A stretch of DNA of 12,394 nt. It comes from an uncultured Janthinobacterium sp. (GTDB taxonomy: Bacteria; Vulcanimicrobiota; Vulcanimicrobiia; Vulcanimicrobiales; Vulcanimicrobiaceae). Under the pieces are notes generated by a model that made no database searches, had not been told where the DNA came from, and was given only the letters and a program-made list of their open reading frames with translations. The stretch spans positions 1 to 12,394 of the forward strand of contig CAZZXB010000090.1 of assembly GCA_964658025.1 (NCBI GenBank). The letters run 5' to 3'. Made by a program: the position numbers and the translations under genes. Numbering within the stretch: position 1 is the first letter of the stretch; each line of letters begins with the position of its first letter. This document shows positions 1-6,792 of the stretch, one piece after another.

Positions 1-126
1 TCCGTCGCGAGCCGCGTCACCCCGAGGCTGTAGTCCTTGCGGCCGAGATTGGCCGCCGATCGCGTGCACGGCGCCGAGGCGACGCGGCGAGCGTCGCATC
101 GAGCGCGTAAAGGTACCACGTCGGCG

Positions 127-1059
127 CTAGGCCGGTTCTTTCTCGCGGAAGAATTCGTACGTCTCGCGCATGCCGTCGACGAGCGTCGTCGTCGGCTTCC
201 AGCCGAGTTCGCGGCCCGCGAGCGCGGGATCGAATTGCGCGTCGCGCACGTCGCCCGGACGGCGCGGGAGATACTCGACGGTCGGTTCGAAGCCCGTCAC
301 CTCGACGAGCGCGCGGAAGATCTCGTTGACGCTCGTCTTACGGTCGGTGCCGATCACGTAGCACGTCTCGCTTCCGCGATCGAGCGCGCGGACGTTCGCG
401 TCCGCCACGTCGCGCACGTACACGTAATCGCGCGTCTGCTCGCCGTCCCAATAGATCTTGATCCCCTGGTGCGCGAGAAACTTTCCGATGAAGATCGAGA
501 CGACGCCCGCCTCGCCGCCCGGATCCTGGCGCGGACCGTACACGTTGCCGTAGCGGAGCGCCGTGAAATCGAGCCCGTGCTCGCGCCGATAGAAGCGGAG
601 ATAATGCTCGGCGACCATCTTCGTGATCGCGTACGGCGATTCGGGCATCTGCGGCGTCGCTTCCGTGATCGGGAGCTTCTCGGGCTCGCCGAACGTCGCA
701 CCGCTCGAAGCGAAGAGCACCTTCTTCACGCCGAATTTTACCGACAAATCGAGCACGTTGATGAGCCCGATCACGTTGATCTGCGCGTCCAAGAGCGGAT
801 CGCGCGAACTGATCGCGACGCTGTGTTGCGCGGCGTGATGGTTCACGATCTCGGGCTCGAAATCTTCGAAGACGCGTTCGAGCGACGCGTCGCGGATATC
901 GGCATGGACGAAGCGCGCTTCGGGATTCACGTTCTCGCGCCGCCCGCCGCCGTGCGCCCACAGCGCGTCGACGACGACGACCTCGTGGCCCTGCGCGACG
1001 TACGCGTCGACGATGTGCGATCCGATGAATCCGGCCCCGCCGGTAACGATGATCCGCAT
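127..1059 (-). CDS. NAD-dependent epimerase/dehydratase, extended SDR (UDP-glucose 4-epimerase/GalE-like), ~310 aa
   Basis: MRIIVTGGAGFIGSH Rossmann motif, ASSGA, catalytic YAITK (YxxxK), LRYGNVYGPRQDP, RDYVYVRDVA. ATG at 1059 has GGAGG just upstream (alternative ATG at 1071); TAG at 127-129. The ORF-track extension to 1329 is not protein-like. Confidence 0.93.
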   Translation of the reverse strand: MRIIVTGGAGFIGSHIVDAYVAQGHEVVVVDALWAHGGGRRENVNPEARFVHADIRDASLERVFEDFEPEIVNHHAAQHSVAISSRDPLLDAQINVIGLINVLDLSVKFGVKKVLFASSGATFGEPEKLPITEATPQMPESPYAITKMVAEHYLRFYRREHGLDFTALRYGNVYGPRQDPGGEAGVVSIFIGKFLAHQGIKIYWDGEQTRDYVYVRDVADANVRALDRGSETCYVIGTDRKTSVNEIFRALVEVTGFEPTVEYLPRRPGDVRDAQFDPALAGRELGWKPTTTLVDGMRETYEFFREKEPA

Positions 1060-1136
1060 GTTCCTCCCCATCGAAACGCGACCGCCTCCGACCGTTCGAT
1101 CTTCGTCCGTGCCGGACGAGACCCTCGCCGCCCGCC

Positions 1137-1325
1137 TTAGGCGCGAACGTCCGCGACGATCGCGATCGTGACGTGGGTCATGTTCGCGATGCCGTCGCGC
1201 GCCGCGCGATCGAAGATGCGATCGAGCTCGGCGCACATCGCTTCGTATGCGACACCGTCGTGCGGGAGTTCGACGAGCGCGGGATCGCCTACGCGCGACG
1301 AAAACGGCGGATCGGCGCTCGAGAC
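1137..1325 (-). pseudogene. Start-less remnant resembling the C-terminus of a class I SAM-dependent methyltransferase
   Basis: The frame between TGA (1326-1328) and TAA (1137-1139) reads ...LPHDGVAYEAMCAELDRIFDRAARDGIANMTHVTIAIVADVRA*, with G/C-ending codons. From recall, this matches the terminal helix-strand of a common methyltransferase family. No SAM motif or N-terminal part is present. Confidence 0.45.
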
Positions 1326-1501
1326 TCAAGACGTCGTCGCCCTATACCGATAAGACGGGAGAGTCCGACGTCTCGAAGCGTCGAGCCGACGGACGGCGAC
1401 CGCGTGCCGCGCGAACGTCGTTTCCGAGCCCACGATGGAGTTGCCGACCATATGTCGACTCAGTGCACGATCGGTGCCCGTCCGAGCGACCCCACGCGCT
1501 C

Positions 1502-2002
1502 GTGAGGTCGTACCTCGCACGCCTGTCGCTCCTCGCGACGATCTCGCTCGCGGCGTGCGGCGGAGGCGGATCTTCTCCGCTCGCGAGTCCGACCGTCGCA
1601 CCGACGACGACGCCCGTATCGCCGAGCCCCACGTCGTCCGCGACGCCGACGCCGGCACCGAGCACGGCTCCGACGTCGACGCCGACCGCCGCCCCGACCG
1701 CGATGCCGACGCCGACGCCCGGACCCGTCGTCGCGGCGCCGACGACGCTCCGCTTCTCGAATTTCGCTCCGCAGAGCGTCGCCGTTTCCGAGATACGTTA
1801 TTCGGGGAGCTTCGCAACCTCGACGCGCGACTGCGGCAACGTCGCGACGATCTCGCCCGCGTCCGGTACGCAGTTCAGCGTGACGCCGAGCGGCGCGGGA
1901 GCGTGTTCGTTCGAGTTTTCCGATCCGAGCGGAAATCTCGGAAGCGTTTCGATCTACGTCACGACCGCGAACGTCGTCGTGCAATCCCATGCGAGCGAAT
2001 AA
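1502..2002 (+). CDS. Secreted lipoprotein with Pro/Thr-rich linker and a C-terminal beta-rich domain containing two Cys, ~166 aa
   Basis: GTG at 1502, signal peptide RSYLARLSLLATISLAAC with lipobox LAA|C followed by GGGGSS. P/T/S-rich tract, then a beta-strand-like domain (DCGNVATI...GAGACSFEFSD). TAA at 2000-2002. Confidence 0.8.
   Translation: MRSYLARLSLLATISLAACGGGGSSPLASPTVAPTTTPVSPSPTSSATPTPAPSTAPTSTPTAAPTAMPTPTPGPVVAAPTTLRFSNFAPQSVAVSEIRYSGSFATSTRDCGNVATISPASGTQFSVTPSGAGACSFEFSDPSGNLGSVSIYVTTANVVVQSHASE
1586..1726 (+). repeat. Low-complexity Pro/Thr/Ser coding tract (degenerate ccgacg-like repeats)
   Basis: Encodes SPTVAPTTTPVSPSPTSSATPTPAPSTAPTSTPTAAPTAMPTPTPGP. Confidence 0.7.
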
Positions 2003-2006
2003 CGGT

Positions 2007-3377
2007 ATGACACGATCCGATCTCGGTCGCCGCGCCATGCGCGGCCTCGCCCTCGCGTGGGGCGCGGCGCTCGCCGCGGGATGCGGCGGCGGCACGAGCG
2101 TCCCCGGCCCGCAAGCGGCGGGTACGACGCGCGGCGTCTCCGTGCGCATCTTTTTTCCGCGCGCGTCCGGGCGCACGAGCGTCGCTTCCGTCCCGCACCG
2201 CGCGACGCCGAAATACGTGTCGACGGCGACGCAAGGGATCACGATCGTCACGAAGGATCCGAGCGAGAACATCGTCGACTCGGAAGCGTATTCGACGAAT
2301 ACCGATAATCCGAATTGTAAGCCCGCCACGACGAAAACGGCTACCGGTAACGCGTGTACGTTCGTCGTCGGCGTCGCGCCCGGAATCGACACGTTCGAGA
2401 TCACGACCTACGACGGCGAACCGACCCATCCCACGGGCGATCCGGCGAACGTGTATCACGCCTTACACGCGAAGCCCCTCTCGACGTCGACGATGCGAGA
2501 GACGATCGCGGCGGGAACGAGTAATGCGATCGGGATCGCGCTCGGCGGGATCGTCGCGGGATTCACCCTCTCCACCACGGCGCCCGCGATCGACGATCTC
2601 TCCAACGGTGCCGTCGTCCGTTTCGGCGGACAGGGGACGACGCAGACGATCCCGTTCTCCTTCGCGGAGACCGACGCCGACGGAAACGCGATCGCCGCGG
2701 GCTACGCCGATCCGTTACAGAATCCGATCGTCGTCTCGGTCGCCGAGAACAACGGGAGCGGCCATACGACGCTCGTCCTCACGACGACCGATGCGAACGG
2801 CAACGTCGTCGTCGGCCAACCGTCCGCGAGCGTCACGCTCACGCAGTCGGGCGATACCGTCACCGCGACGTACGACGGCGCCGCGATCTCGACGGCGAGC
2901 GCGCCGTACACCGCGACGGTCACCGCGTCGTCGCCTTCGTATACCGAGCCGACGAGCGATGCCGTCGTGAACGCGGCGACGTCGACCGTGACGTTCGCGC
3001 CGATCTTCGTCGAGGGGATCGTCGACAACGTTCCGGGCGACTACTACGGCGACGTCAACGGCAAACCGCCGACGTTCACCGTCGTCCAACAGGCCTCGGG
3101 ATCGACCGCGGTCCCGAAAGTCCAGATCGATAACGCCGGTACGCTCTCGACGCAGCCGACCAACGGCGCGTATCCGCAAGAAAACGGAACGGCCGTCGAT
3201 CTCGACTTCGGCGGCGTCCCGTGCACGGCGTTCTCGCTCCGGCCGGAACCCTACGTCGCCGGCAGTCCGGCGATCGACGACATCGTGGTCGACGGCGTAC
3301 ATTCCGGCGCGATCTGCCGGTTCGCCGTCGGCGACGGGACGAGCCCCGGGCAAACGGTCGAGATCGACTACCCCTAG
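2007..3377 (+). CDS. Large secreted lipoprotein, Thr/Val/Gly-rich, probably several beta-sandwich domains, ~456 aa
   Basis: ATG at 2007 (alternatives 1989, 2037), signal ...RRAMRGLALAWGAALAAG|CGGG with lipobox. Cys pairs NPNCK...NACTF and VPCTA...AICRF. TAG at 3375-3377. It starts 4 nt after the upstream lipoprotein's stop, so an operon is likely. Confidence 0.85.
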   Translation: MTRSDLGRRAMRGLALAWGAALAAGCGGGTSVPGPQAAGTTRGVSVRIFFPRASGRTSVASVPHRATPKYVSTATQGITIVTKDPSENIVDSEAYSTNTDNPNCKPATTKTATGNACTFVVGVAPGIDTFEITTYDGEPTHPTGDPANVYHALHAKPLSTSTMRETIAAGTSNAIGIALGGIVAGFTLSTTAPAIDDLSNGAVVRFGGQGTTQTIPFSFAETDADGNAIAAGYADPLQNPIVVSVAENNGSGHTTLVLTTTDANGNVVVGQPSASVTLTQSGDTVTATYDGAAISTASAPYTATVTASSPSYTEPTSDAVVNAATSTVTFAPIFVEGIVDNVPGDYYGDVNGKPPTFTVVQQASGSTAVPKVQIDNAGTLSTQPTNGAYPQENGTAVDLDFGGVPCTAFSLRPEPYVAGSPAIDDIVVDGVHSGAICRFAVGDGTSPGQTVEIDYP

Positions 3378-3411
3378 GCGACGCCGTCGCGACGACGTCC
3401 GCGGGTCGCGA

Positions 3412-3600
3412 TCACGCGCGATTCGCCGACGCGTTCTGCATCGCCACGAGTTGCTCTTCGATCGCCATACGCACGTGGTGATCGAGCGCGTCCTCTTTCG
3501 AAAGATTGCACCCACATCCGCTCTCGCAACCCGACCCCGAATGGATGCCCACACCGTGCGCGCAGGTCTCGCAAACGAGAAGATAAGCTAAGTCGTTCAT
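3412..3600 (-). CDS. Small Cys/His-rich putative metal-binding protein, 62 aa
   Basis: ATG at 3600 with GGAGG at 3605-3609 (minus strand). Motif C-x2-C-x-H-x4-H-x4-C-x3-C-x-C followed by a helical-looking tail. Confidence 0.75.
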   Translation of the reverse strand: MNDLAYLLVCETCAHGVGIHSGSGCESGCGCNLSKEDALDHHVRMAIEEQLVAMQNASANRA

Positions 3601-3694
3601 ACGTCCTCCACGCGGGATGATGCGATGAACGTAAGGTCAATCGTTCTCGCTCACGGTGACGTACGACACGGTTTCCGGGGCGTTATCCTGGTAT

Positions 3695-3716
3695 CGATTT
3701 CGTACGAAATCGTACG
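3695..3716. promoter_or_regulatory. Perfect 18-bp palindrome overlapping a CGTAC-N6-GTACG motif (candidate operator)
   Basis: CGATTTCGTACGAAATCG (3695-3712) is its own reverse complement. CGTACGAAATCGTACG lies at 3701-3716, in a divergent intergenic region. Confidence 0.5.
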
Positions 3717-3861
3717 CGCGGGGCGACGTCGACTACGGGTCGTGCGCTTCGTCGCGGGAACGAACCGCGGGGGAGCGGCGACTTCGCACGATACGGAACC
3801 CTCCCCGACGTCGGGACGCTCGTCGCAGGCATAGGCCCGGTTGATAGGAAACCTTGCGAGC

Positions 3862-3917
3862 GTTACCCGCCACCTGTTACCTGTTACCGACGTCGAACCC
3901 GACTTACCGACGTCGAA
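3862..3917 (+). repeat. Short direct repeats upstream of the Crp/Fnr gene
   Basis: TTACCGACGTCGAA at 3884-3897 and 3904-3917 (20-bp period). ACCTGTT tandem at 3872-3885. GTTACC at 3862, 3876 and 3883. Confidence 0.6.
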
Positions 3918-3975
3918 TTCGATCGAGTGGAGCGGGTCGAAGCGTCGTGCCGCTCGGCTAACGGAGGCTGTTTTT

Positions 3976-4743
3976 ATGGCTTCGAAGGCAAAACCCGAAC
4001 ACGGAAATACCGGAAACGCATTTCTCGATACGCTCGAACCGACCTCGGCGGCGCCCATCTTGCGCGCGCTCGTTCGCATCGATGGAAAAAACGGCATGCG
4101 GATCTCCGATCCTCGACGACCGTTCGAGCACATCACGTTCCCGTGCGGCGGCATGATCTCCGCGGTCGCGCGGATGGACGACGGGAACGACGTCGAGGTT
4201 TCGGTGATCGGTTGCGACGGCTTTCACGGTTTCGAGGTCGGACTCGGGCACGATCGTAGCGCCAAGGTCGCGATGGTACAGATTCCGGGGCCGCTCTGGC
4301 AGATCGGCCGCGCGGAATTCGAGATGTGCCTGCGCGCGGACGGCGCCCTCAAGCAACGCGTCCTCGATTACGCGATGGTGTGCATCGAAACGATAAGCCA
4401 GTTCTCCGCGTGCAACGGCTCGCATTCGATCAACCGGCGACTCGCGCGTTGGTTGCTCATGTCTCACGACCGCGTACCCGGCGACGATCTCATCCTCACG
4501 CAAGAGTTCATCGCCACGATGCTCGGCGTGCGTCGGGCCGGCGTCACGATCGCGGCGTCGGCGCTCGAACGAGACGGATTGATCGCGTATTCGCGAGGAA
4601 AGATTCGCATCGTCGATCGGAGCGGACTCGAAGCGGTCGCGTGCGAGTGTTATGCGACGGCCGCACGATCGCTCGAAACGATCCTCGGCTACAGTATCCG
4701 CAAGAGCGTTGCGGAATCGAGCGACGTCGCCAAACGCGCATGA
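3976..4743 (+). CDS. Crp/Fnr family transcriptional regulator, 255 aa
   Basis: GGAGG at 3963-3967, ATG at 3976. cNMP-binding-like N domain (ITFPCGGMISAV...VEVSVIGCDGFHG...RSA), RLARWLL, HTH LTQEFIATMLGVRRAGVT, wing GLIAYSRGKIRIVDRSGLE, terminal ACECY. Confidence 0.93.
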   Translation: MASKAKPEHGNTGNAFLDTLEPTSAAPILRALVRIDGKNGMRISDPRRPFEHITFPCGGMISAVARMDDGNDVEVSVIGCDGFHGFEVGLGHDRSAKVAMVQIPGPLWQIGRAEFEMCLRADGALKQRVLDYAMVCIETISQFSACNGSHSINRRLARWLLMSHDRVPGDDLILTQEFIATMLGVRRAGVTIAASALERDGLIAYSRGKIRIVDRSGLEAVACECYATAARSLETILGYSIRKSVAESSDVAKRA

Positions 4744-4963
4744 CGGCGCACGGTGCGATCGACGAAAACGGGTCGACGTTATCGCGCCGACCCGTTCCGT
4801 AACGTCCCTCGATTTCGAATCGAGAACCTTCTCCCCACGATCCTCGCGAAAGGTCGAAAAGCGTGATCGTAGGTGGACGTGGGCGTCGTTTACCCGCCCC
4901 GAGCGCTCCCAAGCGCGACGTCGCCGCAATCGATCGATCCCGATCTCCGTCCACGAATGGCGG

Positions 4964-4993
4964 CGTACGAAATGGTACGTTTCTTGTTATTCT
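4964..4993 (+). promoter_or_regulatory. Second CGTAC-N6-GTACG motif next to an extended -10-like element upstream of the methyltransferase operon
   Basis: CGTACGAAATGGTACG at 4964-4979 (15/16 identical to 3701-3716). TG-t-TATTCT at 4985-4993 lies in an AT-rich patch about 70 bp before the ATG at 5066. Confidence 0.5.
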
Positions 4994-5065
4994 CGATTTA
5001 GCGCGATTGGGACGCGCCTCGTCGTGGGACAGACGAGTACATGACTCTCATGCCGAAATAAGCCG

Positions 5066-5635
5066 ATGAGCGGACCATCTTTAAGTCCCGCCTATTTCGA
5101 AAACGTGTACGCGGCGAGCGACGATCCTTGGGATTTCGCCACGAGCCCCTACGAACGCCTCAAATACGAGGCGACGCTTTCCGCGCTCCCCGCGCCGACG
5201 TACGGACGCGCGTTGGAAATCGGTTGTTCGATCGGCGTCCTGACCGATCGGCTCGCCCGACGTTGCGACACGTTGCTCTCCGTCGACGTGAACGAGCGCG
5301 CGCTCGAGGCGGCCCGAGCGAGGAATCGGCACCACGACAACGTCGCGTTCGCGAACATGGTCGTTCCGAGAGATTTTCCACCCGGTCACTTCGATCTCGT
5401 CGTCATCTCCGAAGTCGCGTATTATTGGTCGGATCAGGATCTCGCGCGTGCGATCGACCTCGTCTCGAAAACGTCCGGCACGACCGTCGAACTCGTCCAC
5501 TTCTTACCGAAAGTCGCCGACTATCCGCGCGACGGCGATTCCGCCCACGCCGCGTTCTTGAACGATCCGCGCTTCGAGTCGATCTTCGCGAGCCGCGCCG
5601 AGGCGTACCGCATCGACGTCCTGCGGGTTCGATGA
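5066..5635 (+). CDS. Class I SAM-dependent methyltransferase, NodS-like, 189 aa
   Basis: DDPWDFATSPYERLKY N-terminal motif typical of the NodS family, motif I ALEIGCSIG, LSVDV, FDLVVISEVAYY. Confidence 0.9.
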   Translation: MSGPSLSPAYFENVYAASDDPWDFATSPYERLKYEATLSALPAPTYGRALEIGCSIGVLTDRLARRCDTLLSVDVNERALEAARARNRHHDNVAFANMVVPRDFPPGHFDLVVISEVAYYWSDQDLARAIDLVSKTSGTTVELVHFLPKVADYPRDGDSAHAAFLNDPRFESIFASRAEAYRIDVLRVR

Positions 5636-6792
5636 TCGTACCCGACGCGAGCCTTCCGCCCGGCGATCCGAGGTGCCGTCTGACCGTCGCGATCCCCGCG
5701 AAAAACGAAGAACGCTGCATCGCGACCGCGCTCGATGCATTCGCCGGGCAACGCGAGTCGGACGGTCGTCCCGTGGATCCGCGATCCTTCGAGGTGCTCG
5801 TTCTCGCTAACGATTGTAGCGACGCGACGGCCGAGGTCGTGCGGCGATTCGCCGCCGATAACACGGGCCTACGCGTTCTCCTCGTCGCCTGCGCGCTGCC
5901 TTCCGATTCCGCCCACGTCGGGGCGGCGCGTCGGATCGCACTCGATCTCGCGGTCGATCGCCGACTCGCGACGCGCGGACCGGTCGGCGCGATCGCATCG
6001 ACCGATGCCGACTCCGTCGTCGATCGGCTTTGGATCGCGCGAACCCTCATCGCGCTCGAAAGCGCCGACGCGGTCGCAGGACACGTCGAACTCGCGGTCT
6101 CCGAACGCGACGGGCTCGAAGCGGGAGCGCGCGCCCTGTACGATCGGGAACGCGCGTATCGGCGCGCGCTCGGCGAGATGGAAGCGGTTTTCGATCCGCG
6201 CCCGTTCGATCCGCCGCGCCGACACGATTCGTTCGTCGGCGCGAGCTTCGCCGTGCGCGCGAAGACGTACGTCGCGGCGGGTCGCCTCCCGGTCCTCTCC
6301 CGGCTCGAGGACGTGGCGTTCGCACGCGCGCTCCGCGACATCGACGCGAGCATCCGACACAGTTACGACGTTACCGTCGCGACGTCGGCGCGTTCGCTCG
6401 CGCGCGTCGACGGCGGGTTCGCGTCGTTCGTCGACGATCTACGCGAACGCGGAAAACGGCGCGATTCGTTTCTCGTCGAGAGCGCCCGGCGGAGCATCGC
6501 ACGTGCGGATGCCCGAGCCGCGTTACGAAGCTTCTGGAATTCCGGCGGCGACGCCGTCGCCGCGAACGTGGCGGCGCACGCTTACGGCGTGCCCGCCGCG
6601 ACGCTCGGCGAACTCGTCGATCCGTTCGCGCCCTTCGGCGAATCGCTCGCGCGCGTGGAAGCGGCCGGACCCTGGTTCGAAGCGCTCCCCGACGAGCCCG
6701 TGGAAGACGCCGTCGCGACGCTCCGCGCCGCCGTCGCGATCGCGAACGCGCGATCGGCGACGCGCATGAGCGCCGCGTCCGGCGCGGGCTGA
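5632..6792 (+). CDS. Glycosyltransferase family 2 (GT-A fold), 386 aa
   Basis: ATGA overlap with the methyltransferase stop (5632-5635). VAIPAKNEE, LANDCSD, DxD motif STDADS, GASFAV, LEDVAF, VATSAR. TGA at 6790-6792. Confidence 0.9.
   Translation: MIVPDASLPPGDPRCRLTVAIPAKNEERCIATALDAFAGQRESDGRPVDPRSFEVLVLANDCSDATAEVVRRFAADNTGLRVLLVACALPSDSAHVGAARRIALDLAVDRRLATRGPVGAIASTDADSVVDRLWIARTLIALESADAVAGHVELAVSERDGLEAGARALYDRERAYRRALGEMEAVFDPRPFDPPRRHDSFVGASFAVRAKTYVAAGRLPVLSRLEDVAFARALRDIDASIRHSYDVTVATSARSLARVDGGFASFVDDLRERGKRRDSFLVESARRSIARADARAALRSFWNSGGDAVAANVAAHAYGVPAATLGELVDPFAPFGESLARVEAAGPWFEALPDEPVEDAVATLRAAVAIANARSATRMSAASGAG

Noticed and set aside
1..126. Possible 5' end of a minus-strand gene following the epimerase
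   Set aside because: An open frame from a GTG near 119 runs off the edge, but it is too short and featureless to call.
1103..1119. Hairpin TCGTCCG-tgc-CGGACGA, and a similar one near 8624-8645, as terminators or riboswitch parts
   Set aside because: No poly-U tail or recognisable aptamer consensus. Short GC stems are expected in this CG-rich sequence.
37..1140. 367-aa plus-strand ORF and the many other long Arg/Ala-rich ORFs in the track (e.g. 1460-2404, 3958-4929, 5403-6353, 6030-7007, 6371-7753, 6523-7845, and the minus-strand ORFs across 8697-12363)
   Set aside because: These are shadow or antisense frames of well-supported genes in high-GC DNA and carry no family motifs.
3556..3573. CETCAH as a c-type heme attachment site
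   Set aside because: It is CxxCxH, not CxxCH, and the protein has no export signal.
3656..3669. GTGA-cgtacg-ACAC, a near match to the canonical CRP box
   Set aside because: It is a single imperfect copy, and the local regulator lacks CRP's recognition residues, so it could be chance.
3884..3917. Direct repeats as a mini CRISPR array
   Set aside because: Only two 14-bp copies with a 6-bp gap, and no cas genes in the window.
4744..4954. Possible small minus-strand ORF or remnant, and hairpin CTCGATT-tcg-AATCGAG at 4808-4824
   Set aside because: No recognisable motif, and the ORF overlaps the Crp 3' end. The hairpin lacks a U-tract.
5128..5631. N-terminal extension of the GT2 ORF (554 aa)
   Set aside because: This is an alternative frame of the methyltransferase. 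The ATGA coupling at 5632 gives the natural start.
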